From an uncultured Pseudomonadales bacterium (lineage in GTDB: Bacteria; Patescibacteriota; Microgenomatia; UBA1400; PJMF01), in NCBI GenBank assembly GCA_964404025.1, contig CAYOIJ010000004.1, forward strand, positions 782 through 64,781: 64,000 nt of DNA, read 5' to 3'. Positions 39,425 to 50,163 of this stretch are shown here, piece after piece. The notes beneath the pieces were generated by a model. It saw only the letters and a list, made by a program, of their open reading frames with translations, did no database searches and had not been told where the DNA came from. Each line of letters opens with the position of its first letter. The stretch's first letter is position 1. The position numbers and the translations under genes are program-made.

Positions 39425-39473
39425 ATATTTAATCATAAAGTAAAAAAGAAAGAAGAACAAGCGGTTTTGCTTG

Positions 39474-41564
39474 TTAATTGTTGTTAATTGTTTCTAAAAA
39501 TTCCCGTTTATCAAAGTAGGGAGTGAGCGGTGATTGATAATTTTCATTGTGATCGGTGATTATTTTAGCTTGTTCAATAATTTTTAAGTTTGCCCAAGAG
39601 GCAAATTGTAATTTATCAAAACCGCTTTGAATATTGCCAAAAATATCGCCAGCACCTCTTTGTTTAAGGTCCAATTGAGCTAATTTAAAACCATCTTTTT
39701 CTTGACAAAAAATCTTCAGTCTTTTTTGACTAGGACTCAAATTAAGCTTAGAGTTATTTTCTTCTTGAGTGGTGAATAAGAGACAAAAGCTTTCTTGACC
39801 GACTCGCCCTACTCTACCCCGCAGTTGATGCAAACTAGCTAGACCAAAGCGCTCTGCCGCTTGAATTAAAATGATATCAGCATTGGGTAAATCGACACCG
39901 ACTTCGACCATGGGCGTGCTAATTAAAATTTGTATTTGCTTGGCATAAAGTTGCTGAATAATTTCTGTTTGTTCTTTTTTCTTTAAGCGAGAGTGCAGGG
40001 TGGCTAGTTTTAGCTGCTTAGCTTTTGGGATATTGTTTTTTTGATAGTAGTCATCGAGCAGATCTGTCAGTTTTTTTAAACTATCTTTGACTGCAGCGAC
40101 ATTTTCCAAAGCACTATGTTGTGAGGGGTCAATAAAAGGACAGATGATTAGAGCTTGTCGATTATTTGATTCTAGTAATTGCTCAGCCAACCAAGCTATA
40201 GCCTTTGTTTCTTTATGCTTTGGTATTAGCCAAGTTTGAGCAATTTGTCTGTTGGCTGGCATTTCGTCTAAAATACTAGTTTTTAGGTGAGCAAAAATAG
40301 TTAGCATTAGGCTGCGAGGAATGGGAGTAGCAGTCATGCTTAAAAGGTGAGCTCCCAAACTTTGGCGCTGTTTGGTGCCAAAGCGATGTTGTTCATCGTA
40401 AATAATTAGGGCCGCCTTAATATCTTCTAGGCGATTGATGAGAGCATGAGTGCCAACATATAGAGTTTTTTTACTTAATTGAAAATTTTTGCTGGTTTGA
40501 GCAGTGACTAAAACTATTTTTTGCTGAGGTAGTAATGTTTTTAAGCTTTGATAATGTTGTTGAGCTAAGATTTGAGTGGGAGCAACCAAAGCAACATTGT
40601 GGCCAGCTAAGCAGGCATGCCAAGCTGCTATGGCAGCTACTACAGTTTTGCCGCTGCCAACATCGCCAATCAACAAGCGATTCATGGCACTGGATTTTCC
40701 CATATCACCGGTGATTTCTCTGACAGCTTTTCTTTGAGCCTTAGTCAAAGTAAAAGGCAGGGTGTTTGGGATTAGATTTTCTTTTTTAATATTGATAGCA
40801 GGAGCTAGGTTTTTTTCTTGCCAAGTTTTTTTTAGCTCTTTTGCCTTATTAATTAAATAAATGATTTCTTCTAGAGCTAGCTGTTCTCTAGCCCCAATGA
40901 TTTCTTCACTTGATTGAGGAAAATGTAGGGCTTGAAAAAAGAGCTTGGGGTTGGCAAAATTTTGCCAGTTTTTTGCCGCTGATTGATGACTGAGATTATC
41001 GATGATTTCTTTTTGCAACCGTCTCAAATTGCCCTGTTTAAAACTAGCGATTTTGCTATAAATTGGTACTAAGCGAGCGGTATGAGGGCTATCTGAACCA
41101 AGTGGTTCTAAATTTGCTTGCACCAAGCTATTATTTTTTAATTGACCAGAGGCATAATATTTTTGCCCTACTTTTATTTTATTTTTGAGAAATCTATTGT
41201 TAAACCAGATAGCTGGTAATTCACCACTATCATCAAAGAGGGTTGCTCTAGAAATTAACAAGCGACCTTTGTAATATTGGCGATAATCTTTGACTTGAAC
41301 AATTAAGGTAAAAAATTCTTGTTTAGATTGATAGTTATTTTCTTTATTTTCATTAGTTCTTGGGCTCTGGCTTTCGGGAATTAGTGTCGAGTTATCGAAG
41401 CGCTGTAGTTGAGCGATTGATAAAATTGTTGAACGGTCCTCATAGCGTAGTGGTAAGTTGAGCAATAAGTCTAAGACAGTATGGATATTTCTTTTAGCTA
41501 AGGCTCCTGTCCAACTGTCCCCGATGCCACGAACGGAGTTAAGAGCTTGTTGAAGTTGGTACAT
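39474..41564 (-). CDS. recG: ATP-dependent DNA helicase RecG
   Basis: P.RYEDR, GDVGSGKT, DEQHRFG, MTATPIPRSL, LHQLRGRVGR. Confidence 0.97.
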   Translation of the reverse strand: MYQLQQALNSVRGIGDSWTGALAKRNIHTVLDLLLNLPLRYEDRSTILSIAQLQRFDNSTLIPESQSPRTNENKENNYQSKQEFFTLIVQVKDYRQYYKGRLLISRATLFDDSGELPAIWFNNRFLKNKIKVGQKYYASGQLKNNSLVQANLEPLGSDSPHTARLVPIYSKIASFKQGNLRRLQKEIIDNLSHQSAAKNWQNFANPKLFFQALHFPQSSEEIIGAREQLALEEIIYLINKAKELKKTWQEKNLAPAINIKKENLIPNTLPFTLTKAQRKAVREITGDMGKSSAMNRLLIGDVGSGKTVVAAIAAWHACLAGHNVALVAPTQILAQQHYQSLKTLLPQQKIVLVTAQTSKNFQLSKKTLYVGTHALINRLEDIKAALIIYDEQHRFGTKQRQSLGAHLLSMTATPIPRSLMLTIFAHLKTSILDEMPANRQIAQTWLIPKHKETKAIAWLAEQLLESNNRQALIICPFIDPSQHSALENVAAVKDSLKKLTDLLDDYYQKNNIPKAKQLKLATLHSRLKKKEQTEIIQQLYAKQIQILISTPMVEVGVDLPNADIILIQAAERFGLASLHQLRGRVGRVGQESFCLLFTTQEENNSKLNLSPSQKRLKIFCQEKDGFKLAQLDLKQRGAGDIFGNIQSGFDKLQFASWANLKIIEQAKIITDHNENYQSPLTPYFDKREFLETINNN

Positions 41565-41587
41565 AGTTCAAGTGGTTTTTATAGTCA

Positions 41588-41698
41588 TTAAAAAAAGACA
41601 AAGAGCAGGCTCGCTAGGCTACTAAAAACCATAATGATAATCGCAAAAATCACAAAAAAGCGAATAATTTTTTCTCGTTTACGACGACTCAGTGACAT
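41588..41698 (-). CDS. Small single-TM peptide (36 aa), not in the ORF track
   Basis: MSLSRRKREKIIRFFVIFAIIIMVFSSLASLLFVFF; starts 7 bp after the tyrS stop and fills the tyrS-recG gap. Confidence 0.65.
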   Translation of the reverse strand: MSLSRRKREKIIRFFVIFAIIIMVFSSLASLLFVFF

Positions 41699-41705
41699 AA
41701 TTTTT

Positions 41706-42920
41706 CTATTGTTTAATTTTTAATTGATAGAATCGGTGTTTGCCAATTTTTAATTTGCTGTTGTTGCTCAGTGCCAATAATTCTTGCCAACTTTCAATAA
41801 CTTTTTGTTCAGGTAAAAGCTTAACAGCTCCCTGTTTTAAGAGCCGAGCTAATTGGCTGTTGCTGAAAACATTATTGTTTGAAGTTTTTTGGCCATTCTT
41901 TTCTTGGATTTCTAGAACCAAGTCAGAAAATTGTTCGTTTTCAGGCATGGCTTTATTTTGAATAGTTTTTTGGAAATGCTCACTGGCTTGTTGAGCCGCC
42001 TGCGAGTCATGCAAATTTTTAGTGATTTCTAGTGCCAGCTCTTTTTTAAACTGCATAGGATTATCACCAGCATCTAGCGCTTTTTTAATTTCTTCTAATT
42101 TAGTTAAATCAATTCTGGTTAGAATCTCAAAATATTTAATGATTAGATCATCACTAATACTCATGATTTTGCCATAAATATCCACAGCTTTATCTTCTAG
42201 GGCGATGTAGTTATTGTGAGATTTACCCATTTTACGGCCATCAGTTCCTTCAATTAAGGGGGTGGTGAGCACCCACTTTTCTTTTTGTTTATATATATTT
42301 AGTAAATGTCTACCCATCATCATGTTGAAGGTTTGGTCATTGCCACCAACTTCCAAATCAACATCCATCACCACTGAGTCATAACCCTGAATCAAAGGAT
42401 AAATAATTTCATGCCCATGAATTGGTAAACCCTTTGCCATTCGGTCTTGAAACATGTCCCGCTCTAGCAATTGTTGCACGGTGGTTTTGGCCATTAACTT
42501 TAACATTTCGCTGTAGCTTAATTTGTCTAGCCAATCAGCGTTGTAGCGCACTTCAATAATTGAAAAATCTAAAATTTTACCAGCCTGTCTTTGCCAATTA
42601 GCAAAGTTGGCACTAATTTCTTCGTCACTGAGCATTGGTCGGCTCTCATCACGACCACTTGGATCACCAATTTTAACGGTACCGTTGCCAACTAATAAAA
42701 TTACCTTGTGACCTAATTGGGCAAAATCCTGAAGCTTGCGCAGTGGGACACTGTGGCCCAGATGCAATTCATTGCCAGTCGGATCAATACCTAAATAAAG
42801 AGTGATTGCCTTTTCAGTCATGATTTTAGCCAAGGTCTCTTTTTTCGGTAAGATATTTTCTACGCCACGAGTAAGGACTTTATCAATATCTTTAGGATTA
42901 GTGTTTAAAATTGTTGACAT
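41706..42920 (-). CDS. tyrS: Tyrosine-tRNA ligase
   Basis: YLGIDPT, HLGH, QGYD, GGNDQ, KMGKS. Confidence 0.97.
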   Translation of the reverse strand: MSTILNTNPKDIDKVLTRGVENILPKKETLAKIMTEKAITLYLGIDPTGNELHLGHSVPLRKLQDFAQLGHKVILLVGNGTVKIGDPSGRDESRPMLSDEEISANFANWQRQAGKILDFSIIEVRYNADWLDKLSYSEMLKLMAKTTVQQLLERDMFQDRMAKGLPIHGHEIIYPLIQGYDSVVMDVDLEVGGNDQTFNMMMGRHLLNIYKQKEKWVLTTPLIEGTDGRKMGKSHNNYIALEDKAVDIYGKIMSISDDLIIKYFEILTRIDLTKLEEIKKALDAGDNPMQFKKELALEITKNLHDSQAAQQASEHFQKTIQNKAMPENEQFSDLVLEIQEKNGQKTSNNNVFSNSQLARLLKQGAVKLLPEQKVIESWQELLALSNNSKLKIGKHRFYQLKIKQ

Positions 42921-42967
42921 AAGATTGTTTTATTGTAGCATGAGGACAAGTTTGATAGAATGACGGC

Positions 42968-45781
42968 ATGCAGGATTTCTCTCAGCAACCGGTGATTGTT
43001 AGGGAAGTTAATCCAAATAAGAAGATTTCATTGTGGAGGCGTTTAAAATGGCTTGTAAGACGAGTTAAAGTTAAATTAAGTATTTTCTGGGAAAAAATAT
43101 TATATTCGATTATGCCAAAAAAATATCGTTCACGACGGCGACAATTAAGCCCTAGCGAAAAGAAACTACGAAGAATTAAGACTTGGCGAATTTTAGCCGT
43201 GGTTTTTTGTAGTTTAGTGGTTTTGGGAATAATTAGTTTTTTGTTGATGTTTGTTTGGTTTTCTAAAGACTTGCCAAAACCTGGTGAGGTCATTAGAAGA
43301 GAGGGTTTTAGCAGTAAGATTTATGATCGCGAGGGCGCGCTGCTTTATGATCTTTTTCAAGAGGAGCGTCGTCAACCCAGCAAAATTGAAGACATTCCAG
43401 AAGTGCTCAAAAATGCAACCATAGCTATTGAGGATAAAGATTTTTACAAGCATCGTGGTTTTGATTTTTTAACCATTGTTCGTATTCCTTATAATTTTAT
43501 TTTTAGAGGTCGGGTAATTGGTGGGTCTACTCTCACCCAGCAATTGGTGAAAAATGCTTTGTTGACCAATGAACGAACGCTTATTCGTAAATTTAAAGAA
43601 TTGGTTTTATCTATTCAAATTGAGCGTAAATTTAGCAAGGATGAGATTTTAACCATGTACCTTAATGAGGCGCCTTATGGGGGTAATCTTTGGGGAGTAG
43701 CGACTGCAGTTGAAACCTATTTTAATAAGCCAATGGGTGAATTGACTATTTTGGAAAGTGCTTTTTTAGCTGGCTTACCTCAACGCCCCAGTGTGTATTC
43801 TCCTTACTCAACTCGTTTAGATGAAGATGGCGAGCCTTATTGGAAAATGCGTACCAAAGCGGTACTAAAAGCTATGAAAGACAATAAATATATTAGTGAG
43901 GAAGAATATGATGAAGCGCTTGCTGGACTTGCTGATTTAAGTTTTGAGAGAACGATGGCTGAAATTAAAGCTCCACACTTTGTTTTTTATGTGCAAAAAG
44001 AACTTGAAGAAATGTTTGGTGAAGAATTATTGATGCGAGGTGGTTTAAATGTGACCACTACCCTAGATTGGGATTTACAAGAATTAGCCCAAACGGTGGT
44101 TGCCGAAGAAGTTGAAGCAGTAACTAGATACGAAATTACTAATGGTGCTGCAGTGGCTCTTGATCCCCAGACTGGAGAAATATTGGCTATGGTTGGTAGT
44201 AGAGATTACTTTAATGATGAGGTGGGTGGTCAATTTAATGTGGTGGTAGATGGTCTTAGACAGCCAGGATCAGCGATTAAGCCAATTACTTATCTTGGTA
44301 TGTTGCGACGCGGATTTACACCGGCAACGATGATTATGGATGTTCCAACTACTTTTGCGCGCAATGAAGCAGAAAAACCCTATACTCCTCGCAACTATGA
44401 TGGGCAATTTCGTGGGCCAGTAAGTTTGCGCCAATCTTTGGGTAGTTCTTTAAACATCCCAGCAGTTAAGTCTTTGGCCACCGTTGGTCTAGAGGAATTC
44501 CTAAGCTTAGCTTACGAGATGGGTTTAGAAACTTTAGAGCCAAGCAAAGCTAATTTACAGCGTTTTGGCCTAGCTCTTACTTTAGGTGGTGGCGAGGTTT
44601 ATATGCTAGATTTGGCTGGAGCCTACAGTGTTTTTGCCAATGGAGGGCAAAAAATAGATGCTGTAGCAGTTTTGAAAGTAGAAAATAGTGAAGGCAAGGT
44701 GCTCTATGAGCACAAACATACCCAGGGTAAGCAAATTATTGATGAAGCAGAAGCATTTTTAATTAATAATATTTTGTCTGACAACAATGCCCGTCTCTTA
44801 GCTTTTGGCGCTAATTCTTTATTGAATACCGGACGACCAATTGCTGTTAAAACTGGAACCACCAATGACATGAAGGATAACTGGACTATTGGTTGGAGTA
44901 GCGATATTTTAGTGGCGACTTGGGTGGGCAATAATGACAATAGCTCTATGAGTTATGTTGCCTCTGGTATTACTGGAGCCTCACCAATTTGGCGACGAAT
45001 CATTTTGGGAGCACTAAATTCTGGCTATGATGCGCCAGAATGGGAAGTGCTCAGCAATGTAGAAAGAGTTGAGCTTGATGCAATTTCTGGTTACCCCAGT
45101 CATGATGATTTCCCTAGTAAATCCGACTACACTATCAAAGGAACGTTGCCAGCTCTCCCCGACCCCATCCATCGTTTAGTTAAAGTTTGCAAAGGAGAAA
45201 ACGACAAGTTAGCTACTGAGGCAAAAATTGCTGCTGGTGACTATGATAAGCGCGAATTTATTTTTGCTCTAGAAGATGATCCTTTTAGCGAAGATGGTGT
45301 GAATAGATGGCAAATTGGTATTGATGCTTGGATTGAAACTCAAGACGATTCTCGCTATCGAGTGCCGACTGATTATTGTGGGGATTTTGGAGATGTTAGC
45401 GTGAGATTGAGAAAGCCAGGTGATAAACAAAATTTTGACAAAGAAGAAATTGAAGTTGAAATTAAAGCTGGCAGTGATGACGGTATTGAAAAGCTAGAGC
45501 TCTATGTAGATGGTAAACTTTTGGAAACCGTTCTTGGTCGTAGTGAGTATAAGGGAAAAATTAAATTAGATGCGGGTAAACACGAACTCTACGCTAAGGC
45601 TTATGCCAAAAGTGGTGAAAGCAGAACTAGCGATAAAGTGAAAATTGGTACAGGTGGTATTGACTGGGACTATGTAGAGCCAACTCCAACTCCAAAACCA
45701 AGTATTGCTCCGGTACCCACGACACCCCCAGTTGATTTAACTCCCACTCCCGCGCTTACTCCAACTGAAGAAGATGATTAA
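42968..45781 (+). CDS. Class A penicillin-binding protein with C-terminal Ig-like domain and Pro/Thr tail
   Basis: EDKDF, GSTLTQQL, RKFKE; SAIK, SLN, KTG. Confidence 0.95.
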   Translation: MQDFSQQPVIVREVNPNKKISLWRRLKWLVRRVKVKLSIFWEKILYSIMPKKYRSRRRQLSPSEKKLRRIKTWRILAVVFCSLVVLGIISFLLMFVWFSKDLPKPGEVIRREGFSSKIYDREGALLYDLFQEERRQPSKIEDIPEVLKNATIAIEDKDFYKHRGFDFLTIVRIPYNFIFRGRVIGGSTLTQQLVKNALLTNERTLIRKFKELVLSIQIERKFSKDEILTMYLNEAPYGGNLWGVATAVETYFNKPMGELTILESAFLAGLPQRPSVYSPYSTRLDEDGEPYWKMRTKAVLKAMKDNKYISEEEYDEALAGLADLSFERTMAEIKAPHFVFYVQKELEEMFGEELLMRGGLNVTTTLDWDLQELAQTVVAEEVEAVTRYEITNGAAVALDPQTGEILAMVGSRDYFNDEVGGQFNVVVDGLRQPGSAIKPITYLGMLRRGFTPATMIMDVPTTFARNEAEKPYTPRNYDGQFRGPVSLRQSLGSSLNIPAVKSLATVGLEEFLSLAYEMGLETLEPSKANLQRFGLALTLGGGEVYMLDLAGAYSVFANGGQKIDAVAVLKVENSEGKVLYEHKHTQGKQIIDEAEAFLINNILSDNNARLLAFGANSLLNTGRPIAVKTGTTNDMKDNWTIGWSSDILVATWVGNNDNSSMSYVASGITGASPIWRRIILGALNSGYDAPEWEVLSNVERVELDAISGYPSHDDFPSKSDYTIKGTLPALPDPIHRLVKVCKGENDKLATEAKIAAGDYDKREFIFALEDDPFSEDGVNRWQIGIDAWIETQDDSRYRVPTDYCGDFGDVSVRLRKPGDKQNFDKEEIEVEIKAGSDDGIEKLELYVDGKLLETVLGRSEYKGKIKLDAGKHELYAKAYAKSGESRTSDKVKIGTGGIDWDYVEPTPTPKPSIAPVPTTPPVDLTPTPALTPTEEDD

Positions 45782-47050
45782 TAAGAGACTGCTTAGAGCT
45801 GCAACCTGGGTAATGAGGTAGTGATCCAAACTGGCGATAGGTGCTAAAATTAGTAGCTTTGACCAATCTATCTTTTTTCTTAATTTCCAAATGATCAGCA
45901 ATAATATTGTTAAGGCAAGTATTCCACCTTCACTTAAAATCAATAAGCCTAAGTGGTGAGCCGGCTGAACAAAACGCACTACTTCTTTATTTTGACTATA
46001 GTTTTCTAGTTGCTTGACAAAGTTATTAGAGCCGACACCCAAAATTGGTCGATCAAGTAGCATTTGCCAAGCCGCATCATTAAGCATTTGTCGTCGTGAG
46101 ATAGATAAATAATTTTTTTTCAGATGTAAATCTAACTGCTTAATAATTAAAGGAGAACTAATAAAAAATATAATAAGTAAAGAATTAAATAATTTTTGCC
46201 AAGATAAAATTTGTTTTTTAAATTGTTTATTTTTTGTTTTTAATTTTTTCAAAAATAAATAAATTAAAAATATTAAAAAAGTTAATAAAGCGGAAAAGGA
46301 CTGAGTTAAAATAATAATAACTAGACTGTTAAATAAAAGCAGGGTTTGGACGCCTTTTTTTAATTGATTGTTATCGATTAAAATAATACTAAACATTAAA
46401 ACTAAGCCTGCCAAAACATTGGGATGAGCAGTGCTACCATAAGGCAATATTTTTTCTGCATTTAAAAATTGGCCGCTAGTAATTGTTGCAAATTCTTGTA
46501 AGTTGCTCTCACCAAAATAGTGATAAGGAGCGAGTGATCTTTGATTAAAAAATTGATAATAAGCGAGAAAACTTTGCCAAACAAGACTGACTAAGAGAGC
46601 TTGATAGATAGTTTGTAAACGCAGCTTATCCAAGTGAATTGATAATATAAAAAAACCAAGCAAAATTAAGCGAAGGTAGAAAATTAAAGAGCTAAGGGTG
46701 AGGTTAAAAAAATGATTTATTATAAAAAGTATAATTAGAAATAATATTGCTATATCAATTTTATTTAATTTTATTTTAATTTTTTTGAAGATTTGGCGAT
46801 TTTTTTCTTGAAAGAAAAAAATCGCTACACTCAGTGTTAATAAACAATCAAATAAATAAATTTTAGCTATTAGATAATCAAGCAGTAAACCCCTAACATA
46901 AGCTTCTCCTAAGCCTAGTTTCAAAAAAAGGTTGCTGCTTAAACTCAGGATAGTAACAAATAGTAGTAGATGTTCAAATTTCACCCACCAATTGGGCTTG
47001 GAATTTTTTTTGGGCCAGGTCCACCACTTTTTGACGAATTGGTTCCACAT
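45737..47050 (-). CDS. O-antigen ligase (Wzy_C)-like membrane protein; true start may be later
   Basis: YGSTAHPNVLAG, RPILGVGSNNF, QPAHH..L.ILSEGG. Confidence 0.8.
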   Translation of the reverse strand: MWNQFVKKWWTWPKKNSKPNWWVKFEHLLLFVTILSLSSNLFLKLGLGEAYVRGLLLDYLIAKIYLFDCLLTLSVAIFFFQEKNRQIFKKIKIKLNKIDIAILFLIILFIINHFFNLTLSSLIFYLRLILLGFFILSIHLDKLRLQTIYQALLVSLVWQSFLAYYQFFNQRSLAPYHYFGESNLQEFATITSGQFLNAEKILPYGSTAHPNVLAGLVLMFSIILIDNNQLKKGVQTLLLFNSLVIIILTQSFSALLTFLIFLIYLFLKKLKTKNKQFKKQILSWQKLFNSLLIIFFISSPLIIKQLDLHLKKNYLSISRRQMLNDAAWQMLLDRPILGVGSNNFVKQLENYSQNKEVVRFVQPAHHLGLLILSEGGILALTILLLIIWKLRKKIDWSKLLILAPIASLDHYLITQVAALSSLLLIIFFSWSKRGSGS

Positions 47051-49013
47051 CTTCTTTGCTCAAATTCTTCTTTAAATCTTGATAAATAATTTGAAAGGTA
47101 TAATTATTTTGGTAAATATTTAGCAAAGAAAATTCTTTAATTTTTTTACTTGTCTTTTCCAAGATTCTGATAAAGTCGCCAACAGCTATTTGTCTTGTTA
47201 AAGTAAAAGTCAATTGTTCGATGATGGCAGCTTGTTGCTTGGGTTTTTGGTAATTAGGATAGAAATTAGCCACTTTTAATAAGTTATTTAATTTGATTTC
47301 AATGCCAACTAATTGTTCGTCTAATAGATGTAGGTAGCCCAATAGCGTTCGTTTTTCTTGATTTTTAATTACTAATTTAGCGCTTTGTTGATAAATAGAA
47401 TGGTTTTTAGCCATAATTTCTTCTACCAAAAGTTCAACTTCATTTTTCTTAAGTACAAAAAACTTTTCTAGCAGCAATTCAAAGTCTCCCTTAACTTGCC
47501 TAAAATTTTTCTGACTAAGCATAGTTAGGTAGCTCTCTTGAAGAGGTAAATCATTTTTACGTGGCTGATAAAGACTAGCAATTTCAAACAGTTGCCAGTC
47601 ACTGCTTTGAGGATGATCTTTAATAATTGTTAATAGCGATGGCAGAATTGATCGGCGCAAATAAGTATTTTCTTCCTTGAGGGGGTTTTGCAACTTTAGG
47701 TGTTGGGTTAAGGAATAGCCAGACATTAGAGCCTCTTCTTCACTAACTAGTGAATAGCTATAAATTTCTTGCCAACCAACATCAGCCAAAAAATTTCTAA
47801 GGCGCTCTTCTAATATAAAAATATTTTGATTAGGTCGGTCCGTGGGAATAGCACTAGCCATTAGTTTACTGGGTAAATTGTGATAGCCATAAATTCGAGC
47901 AATTTCTTCGATGATGTCTGCTGGGATTTCTAAATCAGCTCGATAAGTAGGAGCGATGACCTCTAGTTTTTCTTGTTTACTTTGTTTGAGGGTTTTTACT
48001 TGGCAATCTAAATCTCGCAAAATACTAATAATTTCTGATTTAGGAATTTTTACCCCCAAATATCTTTCAATCATTTCAGTTTTAATAATAATTTTATTTC
48101 CTGTTTTTTTATCTGGAAAATAATCGTAAACTGGGCTAGCCACTTTAATTTTAGCTAATTTTTCTAGCAAGTGAATCGCATACTTGAGGGTTTTTTGAGC
48201 TAAATGCGGATCAACTTTTTTCTCATTTAGCTGTGCAGCCATGGTGCGAATGGCATGGGCCATTGATGCATGACGAACTTTTTGAGGATTGAGTGATTCT
48301 ATCCAAAACAAAATATTTTTAGTATTTTGATCGATGCCAGTATTGAGGGTGCCCTTCACTGCTGGTAAATCAATAATTTCGCCAGCACTATTTTCGAAGA
48401 TAATTTCTCCACCCACTGTTTCATGCATTTCTTTATCTAAGGTAGTAAATTTTTTGCCTGGATGCGCTTCTTTGATAATAATCTTGCCACCCATTGTCAT
48501 AATTTTATCGTAGTCAAAAACATGGCAAGGATGTCCGAGTTCGTGAGTTACATAGTTGCTAACGTCAACCACTACATCGTGGATGTTAATATCTACCGCT
48601 TGTAAGCGATTTTGTATATATTGAGGACTAGCTTGCTGTTTAAAGTCAGTTAAGACGACAGCCATCACTCTTCTTATATGATCTGTTTCATAAATGATTT
48701 CTGGTAGGGGCAAATTATGTTGAGGATGCTTTTTAATTTCTGGATAGTTTTTTTTGATAGAGCGAGCATTAAAACCGGCTCTTTTTAAAATAGTAAGTGC
48801 TTCGCGAGCGATGCCTTCTACTGACATCATGTCTACTCGGTTGCTGGTTACTTCGATATCATAAACGACATCTTTGCTGCCATCAGCAAGCTTGACCGTT
48901 GTGAGGTGTTCCACAGAAGGGCCGCTGAGAGAGATATATTTTTGGATATCTTTGGGTTTAGCTTTGCTGCTTAGGTGTTCATTTAACCAGCTATGTGGGA
49001 TTAATATATTCAT
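46974..49013 (-). CDS. pheT: Phenylalanine-tRNA ligase beta subunit, short form lacking the OB (B2) domain
   Basis: EVTSNRVD, PTYRADL, DIIEEIARIYGY, LRRS; 679 aa. Confidence 0.93.
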   Translation of the reverse strand: MNILIPHSWLNEHLSSKAKPKDIQKYISLSGPSVEHLTTVKLADGSKDVVYDIEVTSNRVDMMSVEGIAREALTILKRAGFNARSIKKNYPEIKKHPQHNLPLPEIIYETDHIRRVMAVVLTDFKQQASPQYIQNRLQAVDINIHDVVVDVSNYVTHELGHPCHVFDYDKIMTMGGKIIIKEAHPGKKFTTLDKEMHETVGGEIIFENSAGEIIDLPAVKGTLNTGIDQNTKNILFWIESLNPQKVRHASMAHAIRTMAAQLNEKKVDPHLAQKTLKYAIHLLEKLAKIKVASPVYDYFPDKKTGNKIIIKTEMIERYLGVKIPKSEIISILRDLDCQVKTLKQSKQEKLEVIAPTYRADLEIPADIIEEIARIYGYHNLPSKLMASAIPTDRPNQNIFILEERLRNFLADVGWQEIYSYSLVSEEEALMSGYSLTQHLKLQNPLKEENTYLRRSILPSLLTIIKDHPQSSDWQLFEIASLYQPRKNDLPLQESYLTMLSQKNFRQVKGDFELLLEKFFVLKKNEVELLVEEIMAKNHSIYQQSAKLVIKNQEKRTLLGYLHLLDEQLVGIEIKLNNLLKVANFYPNYQKPKQQAAIIEQLTFTLTRQIAVGDFIRILEKTSKKIKEFSLLNIYQNNYTFQIIYQDLKKNLSKEDVEPIRQKVVDLAQKKFQAQLVGEI

Positions 49014-49043
49014 TGTTTCTTTATTTTTTCAATATTTTTATTT

Positions 49044-50108
49044 TTAAAACTGTTCTAAAAATTCTTTGTTGGCTGAATAAAAAAGGCGGATATCATCAAT
49101 ATTTAAACCTTGTTTGAGTGTGTAGCTTCTCTCTACTCCCCAACCAAAAGCAAAACCCTGATATTGTTCGCTATCGATACCACCTGCTTTTAAAACGTTG
49201 GGATGAACCATGCCTGCCCCACCAACCTCATGCCAACCAGATTTGCAAAAGCGACACTTAACTTTTTTATTATTTTCGTCTTTGATGTAACCACTGCCAG
49301 CACAAATCTGACAACTAAAATCAACTTCAAAAGAAGGTTCGGTAAATTGAAAGTGAAAAGGACGAATGCGACTTTTAGTTTTGGGTCCAAAAAATTCTTT
49401 AGCAAAGTAATCAATGGTGCCTTTGAGGTGTTGAATATTGATGTTTTTATCAACCACTAGACCTTCAAATTGATGAAACATTTGGGTGTGGGTGTTGTCA
49501 CTCTGTCGTCTGTAGCAGCGACTAATATTGATCATGCGAATGGGTGGCTTGCCTTTTACTCTCTCCATTTCTCTAACTTGACCATTGGAGGTGTGAGTAG
49601 TCAACACCATTTTTCCTAATTTAGGATGAGCAGGAGTGTCAACAAAAAAAGTTTCCCACCCATCTCTGGCAGGATGATTAGCTGGCATGTTTAATGCAGC
49701 AAAAACATAGTGGTCCCAGTCAACTTCGGGGTAGCGACCGCGAATAAATCCAATATTTTCGAAAATTCGACTAATTTCTTCAATGGCTTGTGAAACTGGA
49801 TGTACGTGACCCAGTTTTTGTTTAATACCAGGCAGACTAAGATCAAGATGCTCTTGAGAGACAGTTTGGGTTTGCTGGCGATTGTGCAGCTCTTTTTCCA
49901 AATCCTTTTTTAATTGATTGAGGGTTTGACCAAAATCCTTTTTTTCTTGATTTTTGAGGATTTTAATTTGGCCAGCCAGTTGTTTGAAAAGTCCCTTTTT
50001 TCCAAGATATTTAATATTTAGTTGTTCAAGATCAACAGTATTTTTTTCTTTAGTCAATTGGACTAGAAGTTCTTGGCTTTGTTTAACTAAATCTTGGTAT
50101 TTAGACAT
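49044..50108 (-). CDS. pheS: Phenylalanine-tRNA ligase alpha subunit
   Basis: HPAR, FHQFEGL, FQFTEPS, GAGMVHP, GFAFGWGVER. Confidence 0.97.
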   Translation of the reverse strand: MSKYQDLVKQSQELLVQLTKEKNTVDLEQLNIKYLGKKGLFKQLAGQIKILKNQEKKDFGQTLNQLKKDLEKELHNRQQTQTVSQEHLDLSLPGIKQKLGHVHPVSQAIEEISRIFENIGFIRGRYPEVDWDHYVFAALNMPANHPARDGWETFFVDTPAHPKLGKMVLTTHTSNGQVREMERVKGKPPIRMINISRCYRRQSDNTHTQMFHQFEGLVVDKNINIQHLKGTIDYFAKEFFGPKTKSRIRPFHFQFTEPSFEVDFSCQICAGSGYIKDENNKKVKCRFCKSGWHEVGGAGMVHPNVLKAGGIDSEQYQGFAFGWGVERSYTLKQGLNIDDIRLFYSANKEFLEQF

Positions 50109-50163
50109 GTTTCTTAAACTTTCTGCATCTGTATTTTAACAGTTTTCATAAAAATTGACCAAA

